A DNA stretch of 26,557 nucleotides from a virus (IMGVR_UViG_3300033997_000166:1-26557), one strand, 5' to 3'; positions 1 to 7,380 are shown, numbered from the stretch's first letter. Notes: a model not told the origin generated them from the letters alone. A program made the numbers and translations.

Positions 1-28
1 TGCCCTCCAGGGCGTGTTGACTTCCCGT

Positions 29-50
29 CTGGCCCTCGGTGGAGGGCCAG
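29..50 (-). other. Perfect 9-bp stem-loop in leftward leader (possible pause/processing/terminator hairpin)
   Basis: CTGGCCCTC (29-37), 4-nt loop, GAGGGCCAG (42-50); no U-tract on the minus strand. Confidence 0.4.
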
Positions 51-93
51 CCAGTGAAATCGGTGTTTCTCCCGCGTTCGCCTAACTGGGCTT

Positions 94-291
94 CTACAAC
101 CCGCGGGTGTTGTTGCCCTCACCACTTCCGATAGCAGCTAGGGCTCGATGTGTTTGGCCTTGGGCTTCCCTCGCAACGCCTTCAATCGGCATACAGCGCT
201 GGTCATGGGGTATCAGTGTTACTCCGCGCTTGAGTGCAGCCCGGCGGCCCGTTGAGTAGGGCACGTACGCGCGGATTGCCGACCCGAACAT
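94..291 (-). CDS. Hypothetical protein (65 aa), doubtful; in frame with upstream MQY minigene
   Basis: ORF track; no RBS of its own; lies in a hairpin-rich leader. Confidence 0.25.
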   Translation of the reverse strand: MFGSAIRAYVPYSTGRRAALKRGVTLIPHDQRCMPIEGVAREAQGQTHRALAAIGSGEGNNTRGL

Positions 292-300
292 CGGCTGGGC

Positions 301-312
301 TTAGTACTGCAT
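301..312 (-). other. Minigene Met-Gln-Tyr-stop with strong RBS
   Basis: Minus strand AGGAGG (327-322), 9 nt, ATG CAG TAC TAA. Confidence 0.45.
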
Positions 313-528
313 TGGCTGTTTCCTCCTATTGGTGTCATCTCGGTCGCTTCTCCTTGTCGGGGCTCGTTCCCACTCCTGCGTTCGCTTCTTTGGTCTATTG
401 GCAGGTGACTTGAGCAACGTCGCGTGCAACGCATGGGCTTGCACGGCTGGACTGTCCGGCCCAGCTCAGGCTGCGTCTTTTGCCTCTTCCAGCGTCTCGC
501 GACGTTGGCGCAGCAGAGGGTTCCCAAA

Positions 529-542
529 TTGTCGAAAGAGCG
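529..542 (-). promoter_or_regulatory. boxA-like antitermination element (nutL-like)
   Basis: Minus strand CGCTCTTTCGACAA, resembling lambdoid boxA CGCTCTT, about 40 nt downstream of the predicted PL start. Confidence 0.6.
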
Positions 543-589
543 GTCGGCTCGGTGGCCTGGCCGGCGGTGTGTTGCTCGGCGTTGATGCA

Positions 590-619
590 ACATTAGGATA
601 AGCACGTTAACTCTGTCAA
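590..619 (-). promoter_or_regulatory. Leftward sigma70 promoter (PL-like)
   Basis: -35 TTGACA (619-614), 18-bp spacer, -10 TAATGT (595-590); boxA-like site downstream. Confidence 0.65.
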
Positions 620-624
620 TAAAC

Positions 625-653
625 TTGTGAAAGATTTTTTTAGCGGCTATGAT
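625..653 (+). promoter_or_regulatory. Rightward sigma70 promoter (PR-like)
   Basis: -35 TTGTGA (625-630), 17-bp spacer, -10 TATGAT (648-653), then GAGGAGG RBS and cro. Confidence 0.7.
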
Positions 654-681
654 TCGTCTCACATAGAGGAGGCGCCAAGCC

Positions 682-900
682 ATGAAAAGCAAAGACGTAC
701 TTGAGTTTTTTGGTGGTACCAATGCCACGGCGCGCGCGCTGTGCCTGAGCGCTGCGGCAGTTTCGCAATGGGGAGATGAGGTTCCGGCTCCTCGCCGAGG
801 GCACGTCGAACTGGCAATGAAAGCTGAGCACCAGCGCCGTGTGAAGGAAGCAAAGAAAGCGCGCAGGAAAATGGCCGCCCTTTCCAAAGCTACGGCGTAG
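682..900 (+). CDS. cro: Cro-like HTH repressor with basic C-terminal extension
   Basis: VLEFFGGTNATARALCLSAAAVSQWG fits the Cro/DicC-type HTH pattern; strong RBS; first gene of the rightward operon. Confidence 0.8.
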   Translation: MKSKDVLEFFGGTNATARALCLSAAAVSQWGDEVPAPRRGHVELAMKAEHQRRVKEAKKARRKMAALSKATA

Positions 901-915
901 CTGGAGGCTCCCAAC

Positions 916-1110
916 ATGGCTAGACAATACCTATCCACTGATGACTACGCCGCAATGGCGGTCGCTGCCGAAGAAATGGCAGAGCGGAGCGCTGGTATTC
1001 GGAAGGAAATGAACAAGGCCCTGAGCGAACGCTACAGGGCCTTGTCGGTGCGTGCATCGGTGGCAGCCGAATCACGCTTGGGAAATAGCAAACGGACGGA
1101 CCGAGTATGA
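916..1110 (+). CDS. Hypothetical protein (64 aa, helical)
   Basis: GGAGG RBS; stop overlaps the next start (ATGA). Confidence 0.7.
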   Translation: MARQYLSTDDYAAMAVAAEEMAERSAGIRKEMNKALSERYRALSVRASVAAESRLGNSKRTDRV

Positions 1111-1907
1111 GCAATATCGTTTCTTTACGCAACACCGGGGGGTTTACCCGGATGGACAACGAGCTGTATGAAGCCCTGATAGGGGCTGAATTGTCGGGGC
1201 GCGAGCTTCGTGTCGCCCTGGCCATCCATCGCCTCACCGTTGGGTACAACGTCGAGGAGGCGCGCATCGCTGCCTCGGTTATCGCTGACATGTCCGGCAT
1301 CCACCGAGAGGATGTTTCCCGGGCCATCTGCGAGCTAATCCGTCAGCGAGTGATTTACCGTACCGGAGGCAGTCGGAGCCCGATGGGTTTCGCTCCGGTT
1401 TCTGAGTGGAAAATCGACGGCAAGAAAACCCATCAGAACAAGCAGAAATCAGTGCCACAGTGTGGCGTTTCTACCACATCCAATGTGGCGTTCTTACCAC
1501 ACAATAAAGACAGTAAAGACAATTCAGTTCCTTCGGAACTTGTCGACGCTGGGCGTCAACCTGAGCAGGGCGAGCTGATCTCTGAACCTGTTCGCCAAGC
1601 TCCCCGTGTCGAGGCATGTCCGCACCAAGCCATTGTCGACCTGTACCACGAAATCCTATCCGAACTCCCATCTGTCGCCCTGATCAACAAGGGACGGCGT
1701 CAGCATCTCCAAGGCCGGTGGCGTGAGCATGCAGCTCACCGTGACCTTGGGTTCTGGCGTGAGTATTTCGAGAGCGTGAAGGCCTCTCCGTTTCTGATGG
1801 GCAAGGTTCCAGGCCGCAATGGCGCAAAGCCGTTCCGGGCCACCTTCGACTGGCTGATTGCTCCCTCCAACTTCGTCAAGGTTGTGGAGGGCAATTACCA
1901 TGCGTGA
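1107..1907 (+). CDS. Phage replication initiator (lambda O-like)
   Basis: N-terminal GFTRMDNELYEAL...LSGRELRVALAI..T.GYN pattern of O-type proteins; C-terminal FDWL...NFVKVVEGNY; internal iterons; followed by a helicase. Confidence 0.85.
   Translation: MSNIVSLRNTGGFTRMDNELYEALIGAELSGRELRVALAIHRLTVGYNVEEARIAASVIADMSGIHREDVSRAICELIRQRVIYRTGGSRSPMGFAPVSEWKIDGKKTHQNKQKSVPQCGVSTTSNVAFLPHNKDSKDNSVPSELVDAGRQPEQGELISEPVRQAPRVEACPHQAIVDLYHEILSELPSVALINKGRRQHLQGRWREHAAHRDLGFWREYFESVKASPFLMGKVPGRNGAKPFRATFDWLIAPSNFVKVVEGNYHA
1452..1523. repeat. Putative replication origin: two 18-bp symmetric iterons plus A-rich repeat
   Basis: TGTGGCGTTTCTACCACA (1461-1478) and TGTGGCGTTCTTACCACA (1484-1501), an upstream CCACA half site, then TAAAGACA twice. 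Confidence 0.7.
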
Positions 1908-3285
1908 TCCCTACAGCCTCGAAGCCGAGCATGGGGTTCTTGGCGCGATGATGCAGCGTCCAGAGCTAATCGACGTTCTTGCCGATGAGCTGACCCCGGA
2001 GTCGTTCTACTTCGCAGACAACGCTGAAGTATTCCGGGCGATCATGGCGGTACGTTCTGCCAACAAGGCGGTCGACTTCCTGACCGTGGCTGAGCAGCTT
2101 GGAGCGCTTCCTAGCGAGACCCCGGCACTGGCTTACTGCTGCGAGATCGTGAAGAACACTCCCAGTATTGCCAGCGCCTCGACTTATGCCCGTATCGTCC
2201 ATGAGCGCGCTGTGGACCGGGCACTGCACGTCGCTGCCCAGGACATTTCCGAGATTGCCAGTTCGAATCAAGAGACCGCCGAAAAGGTCTCTGCTGCTCA
2301 TGCCGCAATTATGGCGGTGGATGCCGGCGAAACTAGCGTTGACGTTCAGAAGGCTTCAGATGTCCTAGCAAGCCAGGTCGAGGTCTGGCAGCACCGCCAC
2401 GACCGTTATCAGAGCGGCCAAACTCTGATGGGCATTTCTTCTGGATTGACTGATCTTGACGCCAAGATCGGCGGTTTCTTGCCCGGCCAACTGATCGTCG
2501 TAGCTGGCCGGCCAGCTATGGGCAAGACAACCTTCGCAATGTCCTGCTCGATCCATGCGGCGCTCAAGGAACGGAAGTCAGTGCTGGCTCTTAGCCTTGA
2601 GATGAGCAATGGACAGCTCATTGATCGTGCCGTTGCTTCAGTCGGGAAGATTCCGCTGAGCATGATTCGAAACGGTACCGCATGCGAGGAGTACGGTACC
2701 GAACTGGGCGCCGCATCGCGGGCCATCAGCATGTCCAACCTGTACCTCGCTGATAAGCCAGCTCTGAATACGATCGGTAGAGTTCGCGCCATGGCACGGC
2801 GCCACAAGATGCGCTATGGACTCGACATGCTGATGGTCGACTACCTGCAACTCATGGACGGAGAGGGGGAGAGCCGCGTCAACGTCATCAGCTCAATCAG
2901 TCGCGGCTTCAAACTCCTGGCAGGCGAACTTGGCGTTCCAGTGATTCTCCTAAGCCAGCTTTCCCGAAAGTGTGAGGAGCGCCCTAACAAGCGTCCGATC
3001 CAATCCGACCTCCGCGAATCCGGCGCTATTGAGCAGGACGCAGACATCATCCTCTTTGTGTATCGGGATGAGGTCTACAACGAGCATACCGAGTTCAAAG
3101 GCGTGGCCGAGATCATCATCGCAAAGGGACGCGAAGTTGAAACGGGTACGGTGCGCGCTGCGTTTCTTGGTCAGTACAACCGCTTTGAAAACCTGTCTGC
3201 CGAGTGGCGTCCTGATGAAGTGGTTAGACCGCAAAAGGTAACTCGACTGTCTGATCGCTACGGCAGCAAAGGAGCGGACAAATGA
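1900..3285 (+). CDS. dnaB: Replicative DnaB-like helicase
   Basis: Walker A AGRPAMGKT, SLEMS, VDYLQLM, LSQLSR, DLRESGAIEQDAD; start at ATG 1900 with GGAGG upstream. Confidence 0.95.
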   Translation: MRDPYSLEAEHGVLGAMMQRPELIDVLADELTPESFYFADNAEVFRAIMAVRSANKAVDFLTVAEQLGALPSETPALAYCCEIVKNTPSIASASTYARIVHERAVDRALHVAAQDISEIASSNQETAEKVSAAHAAIMAVDAGETSVDVQKASDVLASQVEVWQHRHDRYQSGQTLMGISSGLTDLDAKIGGFLPGQLIVVAGRPAMGKTTFAMSCSIHAALKERKSVLALSLEMSNGQLIDRAVASVGKIPLSMIRNGTACEEYGTELGAASRAISMSNLYLADKPALNTIGRVRAMARRHKMRYGLDMLMVDYLQLMDGEGESRVNVISSISRGFKLLAGELGVPVILLSQLSRKCEERPNKRPIQSDLRESGAIEQDADIILFVYRDEVYNEHTEFKGVAEIIIAKGREVETGTVRAAFLGQYNRFENLSAEWRPDEVVRPQKVTRLSDRYGSKGADK

Positions 3286-3401
3286 AACGCTCCTGGACCG
3301 TAATCGTAGGCGCCAAGCGCTTCACGATGATTCTGATGGACGACAGCGACCCGGTTGAAGTCGTGAAGAGCATCTGGCCGCAGGGGAGGGTTGCGAAATG
3401 A
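3282..3401 (+). CDS. Small hypothetical protein (39 aa, MKRSWTVIVGAKRFTMILMDDSDPVEVVKSIWPQGRVAK)
   Basis: Not in ORF track; AAGGAG RBS; ATGA overlaps at both ends. Confidence 0.7.
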   Translation: MKRSWTVIVGAKRFTMILMDDSDPVEVVKSIWPQGRVAK

Positions 3402-3613
3402 AGACCTTCGAACTCCTGCGGATGGAAGGCCTGCGCACCTACGGTCGTCAGGTCGAGGCCAGTACTTGGCGCGAAGCCGAGATGCAATGCCGCGACGGCG
3501 AGATCGTAAACGGCGAACTGATCGGTGTGTACGACTGCGATCCGGTGACTGAGGCGGTCTGCACTGCGCGCAATGACGTAATGATTGAGCGGATGGGGGT
3601 GTGCTGTGGGTAG
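3398..3613 (+). CDS. Hypothetical protein (71 aa)
   Basis: GGAGG RBS; coupled to neighbours. Confidence 0.7.
   Translation: MKTFELLRMEGLRTYGRQVEASTWREAEMQCRDGEIVNGELIGVYDCDPVTEAVCTARNDVMIERMGVCCG
3595..3612 (+). repeat. Direct repeat copy 1 flanking the methyltransferase gene
   Basis: GGGGGTGTGCTGTGGGTA; 16/18 identical to 5285-5302, with a perfect core GGTGTGCTGTGG. Confidence 0.75.
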
Positions 3614-5303
3614 TGTAGAGAGAATTTTCTCCGGTGACGTAATTGATGATGCGTCCCATTTTTTTACCCCAATGCCAGCTGACCTCGTGGATGGCCTGAT
3701 CGGCCAGTACAACGCCACCCGCGCCGGCATCACCGACCTGGCCCAGGCCGTGCGCGCTGAGCAGTGCCGCGGCGTGCTGCACTACTTCGTCGAGGGCAAC
3801 GTCTCCGACCAGCGCCACACGCTACCGAAGGCCGTGGATCAAATGTTCCGGGTGGAAGGCGCGATCGCCCAGCTGAATGCCGACTTCTGGAACCGGGCGC
3901 TGCGCCTGACCGACGTGCTCGACTACATGCCGCAGAAGCGCCGCGACCAGTGGTTCGAGCAAATCCGCAACCCGGAAGGCCGGAAGGCCAATAAGCACAC
4001 CAGCGAGGCCGAGCTGCCGCCGCTTCCGGAGTTCGAAGAGGCGACGGTGCGCGCCACCCTGGGCGGCCTGCTGGCCAGCCGCGCGCAGTTCTTCGCCGAG
4101 CGCGTCGACGGCATCTTCCGCTCGCTGAGCAAGGAGCACGTCACCAACTGCCCGCAGGGCTTCAACAAGCGCATGATCCTGCTGCGCGCGATCAGCTGCT
4201 ACGGGACCATCGAGCACTCCACCTCCGGCGTGATCAACGACCTGCGCTGCGTCATCGCGAAGTTCATGGGTCGGGATGAGCCGAAGTGGGGCGCCACCGA
4301 TGAGGTGATCAGGGTCGCGCGCCAGGACAACGGCCAGTGGATGTCGATCGATGGCGGCTCGCTGCGCATCCGCATCTACAACGGCGTCGGCACCGCGCAT
4401 CTGGAAGTGCACCCGGACATCGCGTGGCGCCTCAATGCAGTGCTCGCCAGCATCTACCCGGCCGCTATCCCGGCGGAGTTCAGGACCAAGCCGAAGCGCC
4501 AGAAGAAGGTCAAGGACTTCGAGCTGTTCGACAAGCTGCTGCCGTTCGCTGTGCTGTCGCTGCTGTCCGGCATGAAGCCCGCTTGGCGCAAGAACGAAAG
4601 CCAGGACTTCCGGGCGCCGAAGTTCGTCGACATCCCGCGCACGCGCCGCTTCGAACATGGCGACCACGACAAGGCCGCGATCGCCGAAGCCGAGAAGGTG
4701 CTGGCTGCGATCGGCGGCGTCCGCGACAAAGAGGGCGACCGCGAGTTCTGGCGCTTCGACTACGAGCCCGGCCAGGTGCTGAGCGAGGTCATTTGCAACG
4801 GCAGGATCCCCGACCACAAGAGCCACCAGTTCTACCCGACGCCGTCGAGCGTTGGCGAGCTGGCGGTCGATCAGGCCCTGGTCGGCGCGACCAGCGACAT
4901 GAATTGGCTGGAGCCGAGCGCGGGGCAGGGTGGGCTCGCGGACCTGATGCCAACGGGGAGAACGCAGTGCGTCGAGATCAGCCCGCTGCACTGCTCAATC
5001 CTCAAGGCCAAGGGGCACAACGTGATCCAGGCGGACTTCCTGAAGTTCCAGCCTGCCGGCAACTTCGATCGCATTGTGATGAACCCGCCCTTCAGCGAGG
5101 GCCGCTGGCGGGCGCACCTGCAGCACGCCGCCAGCATGTTGAACTCGGTTGGCGGTCGCCTCGTCGCCATCCTGCCGGCCAGCACCAAGGGAAAGCAGCT
5201 GCTCGAAGGCTTCGACCACGAGTACTCGCAGGTCTTCGAGAACGAGTTTGCCGGAACCTCGGTCAGCGTGGTGATCCTTTCTGCGGAGGTGTGCTGTGGC
5301 TAA
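3606..5303 (+). CDS. DUF4942-like protein with C-terminal class I SAM-dependent (N6-adenine-type) DNA methyltransferase domain
   Basis: QFYPTP, motif I LEPSAGQGGL and motif IV IVMNPPF; GTG start at 3606 inferred from the repeat alignment; DUF4942 label recalled, not searched. Confidence 0.8.
   Translation: MGSVERIFSGDVIDDASHFFTPMPADLVDGLIGQYNATRAGITDLAQAVRAEQCRGVLHYFVEGNVSDQRHTLPKAVDQMFRVEGAIAQLNADFWNRALRLTDVLDYMPQKRRDQWFEQIRNPEGRKANKHTSEAELPPLPEFEEATVRATLGGLLASRAQFFAERVDGIFRSLSKEHVTNCPQGFNKRMILLRAISCYGTIEHSTSGVINDLRCVIAKFMGRDEPKWGATDEVIRVARQDNGQWMSIDGGSLRIRIYNGVGTAHLEVHPDIAWRLNAVLASIYPAAIPAEFRTKPKRQKKVKDFELFDKLLPFAVLSLLSGMKPAWRKNESQDFRAPKFVDIPRTRRFEHGDHDKAAIAEAEKVLAAIGGVRDKEGDREFWRFDYEPGQVLSEVICNGRIPDHKSHQFYPTPSSVGELAVDQALVGATSDMNWLEPSAGQGGLADLMPTGRTQCVEISPLHCSILKAKGHNVIQADFLKFQPAGNFDRIVMNPPFSEGRWRAHLQHAASMLNSVGGRLVAILPASTKGKQLLEGFDHEYSQVFENEFAGTSVSVVILSAEVCCG
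5285..5302 (+). repeat. Direct repeat copy 2 (RBS and GTG start of ninB)
   Basis: GGAGGTGTGCTGTGGCTA. Confidence 0.75.
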
Positions 5304-5697
5304 TCCACGCTTTCACCTGCGCAACGAGACTGATCGTCAGCGCGCTATAGCGATCCTTCAGCGCGTTGACTTGACCGAGGGCAAGACCTGGAGCCTGCAC
5401 GACGAAGCCCGCAGCGATGCGCAAAACAGGCGTATGTGGGCCATGTTGCGCGACATCAGTCAGCAGGTCGAGTGGTATGGCCGGAAGCTGGACGACGAGA
5501 GCTGGAAGCACGTCTTCAGTGCGGCGGTGCAACAGCAGGACGCTGTTCCCGGAATCAACGGCGGCTTCGTGGTCCTAGGCGTCTCCACCCGCAAGCAATC
5601 CAAGAAGTGGTTCAACGAAATGTTCCTTGTGATGGAGTCCTTCGCTGCTGAGCGCGGAGTGAAGTTCACCACTCGTGATTATTGGGAGGCCGCATGA
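5296..5697 (+). CDS. ninB: NinB/Orf recombination mediator
   Basis: RSDAQNRRMWAMLRDISQQVEWYG...WKHVF...VPG..GGFVVLG.ST. Confidence 0.9.
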   Translation: MANPRFHLRNETDRQRAIAILQRVDLTEGKTWSLHDEARSDAQNRRMWAMLRDISQQVEWYGRKLDDESWKHVFSAAVQQQDAVPGINGGFVVLGVSTRKQSKKWFNEMFLVMESFAAERGVKFTTRDYWEAA

Positions 5698-5957
5698 GCA
5701 AGTTCAAGGCGGGCGATCTCGCTCTTAATCTGCAAGACATCCCCAACTGCATCAGTGCGGGAGTGGTAGTCGAGTTGATGTCTCGACTTGCCCCTGGTGA
5801 TCTATTTGTCGACGACGGCCAGACCTTTCAGGTGAATCGGCCAGCTTGGTGGGTGCTCCATGAAGGAGACCGGCTCTACATCCCTGAACGGTATCTCATG
5901 CCCCTGCGCGGCGACTTCCAGCCCGAGCAGCAGAAGGCGAAGGGGGTGGAGGCATGA
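5694..5957 (+). CDS. Hypothetical protein
   Basis: GGAGG RBS, ATGA coupling, MSKFKAGDLAL start. Confidence 0.75.
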   Translation: MSKFKAGDLALNLQDIPNCISAGVVVELMSRLAPGDLFVDDGQTFQVNRPAWWVLHEGDRLYIPERYLMPLRGDFQPEQQKAKGVEA

Positions 5958-6202
5958 AGTTCTGGACTTGGCTAAAGCGCTTCGCCGAACGCAAGGAGCG
6001 CCAGGCTTGGCTTGAAACGCGATATAGCGACCAGATGTGTCCGCATTGCAACACTTGGCAGGGCAACTGCGGTGGCTGGGTGGAATCGGTTGAGGTCGAT
6101 CAGATGCATGACCGCCTGACGTGCGGGAGGTGTGGGCAGCATTCAACTTGGTTCATGGGGTGCCCGGTTTTGATCCTTGTAGATCCCAAGGTGACGGCAT
6201 GA
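5954..6202 (+). CDS. Hypothetical zinc-ribbon protein
   Basis: CPHC...CGRC; GGAGG RBS; coupled to neighbours. Confidence 0.7.
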   Translation: MKFWTWLKRFAERKERQAWLETRYSDQMCPHCNTWQGNCGGWVESVEVDQMHDRLTCGRCGQHSTWFMGCPVLILVDPKVTA

Positions 6203-6840
6203 CGCTTTCCACCAGCCAGCCCAAGCCCCGCAAGTGCAAGAACCCTGAGTGCGGCACCACGTTCGTCCCTCAGCGCCTCGGGCAGCGCGTCTGCTCACCA
6301 GCCTGCGCCCTGGCCATCAAGGAAAAGCACGCCAAGCCGGCGAGAAAGGCCATCGCTGACCGCGAGCGCCGGGAGATCAAAGTGCGGAAGGAGAGGCTGA
6401 AGACGCACAGCGACCACATCAAAGATGCAGAGAAAGCCGTTCGGGACTACCGGCGATCCTACGAACTTTCCATCGGCAGCGGCTGCATGAGCTGCGGCAA
6501 GTCTCAGGCCGAGGTACTAGCCGAACAAGGCTGGAAGACTGGAGGTGCATTCGACGCAGGGCATTTTCTCGGCAAGGGGGCAAGGCCCGAGCACCGCCTG
6601 GAGCCATCCAACATATGGCTTCAATGCAAGGCCTGTAACGCTGGCTCCAGCAAGTACGCCAGGAAGGGGCTTACCGTTTCCCAGGGCTTCCGTGAGGGCT
6701 TGATCGAACGCATCGGCCTGGAAGCTGTAGAGGCTCTGGAAGCCGATCACCGTCCCCGCAAGTACACGAACGACGAACTGAAGGCGATCACCGCCGAGTA
6801 CCGCGCCAAGCTGCGCGAGCTGAAGAGGGCAACGGCATGA
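6199..6840 (+). CDS. ninG: NinG/Rap junction endonuclease (HNH-like)
   Basis: RKCKNPEC...[33 protein letters not shown]. Confidence 0.9.
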   Translation: MTLSTSQPKPRKCKNPECGTTFVPQRLGQRVCSPACALAIKEKHAKPARKAIADRERREIKVRKERLKTHSDHIKDAEKAVRDYRRSYELSIGSGCMSCGKSQAEVLAEQGWKTGGAFDAGHFLGKGARPEHRLEPSNIWLQCKACNAGSSKYARKGLTVSQGFREGLIERIGLEAVEALEADHRPRKYTNDELKAITAEYRAKLRELKRATA

Positions 6841-7211
6841 CCAGAGATGCTGAAGAGCTTCTGACCCAATGGGGAAAATGGGTTTGGCAAGAGACCGGCG
6901 TTCCTCGCTGCGGGTCTCCGATGCTTGCGATCATGCGAGACAATGTTGCAATGGAACAATGCTTGCCCGCATCAATCTCCGATGACGATGCAATGCTCAT
7001 TGACGGGATTATCGCAAGGATGGGGCGCAGAGACGAAGAGATGGCTAATTGCGTGCGGGTGTATTACGCAACGGAAATGACGATGCAGCAGGTTGGGAAG
7101 TTGTTAAACCTGAATCGCTTGAAAGTTCGAGAGCTGCTAATCGCTGGTAGGTGTTATGTAGAGGCTGTTCTTGATATGAGGGAGAGAATAGCGATTCGCG
7201 ATGCTGCCTGA
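6837..7211 (+). CDS. Q: Late antiterminator Q
   Basis: AEELLTQWGKW...ISDDDAMLIDGIIARM...VYY plus C-terminal HTH; lies between ninG and pR'/lysis genes. Confidence 0.85.
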   Translation: MTRDAEELLTQWGKWVWQETGVPRCGSPMLAIMRDNVAMEQCLPASISDDDAMLIDGIIARMGRRDEEMANCVRVYYATEMTMQQVGKLLNLNRLKVRELLIAGRCYVEAVLDMRERIAIRDAA

Positions 7212-7233
7212 CATCAGATCGCCAAGATAATAG

Positions 7234-7262
7234 TTGACCGTGTTAACTCGAAAATATAGGAT
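7234..7262 (+). promoter_or_regulatory. Late promoter pR'
   Basis: -35 TTGACC, 17 bp, -10 TAGGAT; immediately after Q and before terminators. Confidence 0.75.
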
Positions 7263-7305
7263 TTATGGAAGATTGCGGTTTTACCGCATGAGAATCCATA
7301 GGGTT

Positions 7306-7329
7306 GCCCAGCCTAGCGCTGGGCTTTTT
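7306..7329 (+). terminator. Intrinsic terminator tR'
   Basis: GCCCAGC-CTAGC-GCTGGGC followed by TTTTT. Confidence 0.85.
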
Positions 7330-7355
7330 CGTTTCTGCGCCTCCCCACAGCGCAT

Positions 7356-7380
7356 GCCCGCAGCCGCGCGGGCGTTTTAT
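7356..7380 (+). terminator. Second tandem terminator upstream of holin
   Basis: GCCCGC-AGCCGC-GCGGGC followed by GTTTTAT. Confidence 0.55.

Noticed and set aside
626-663. TGTGA...TCACA as a CRP/Vfr site
   Set aside because: Half sites are 28 bp apart rather than 6.
219-938. 239-aa minus-strand ORF across the control region, considered as the missing cI
   Set aside because: No HTH or S24 peptidase motifs; antisense to cro; runs through both promoters; composition looks non-coding.
3822-5350. Long overlapping ORFs 3822-4991 (-) and 4337-5350 (+)
   Set aside because: Shadow frames expected from the high GC3 of the methyltransferase gene; no motifs.
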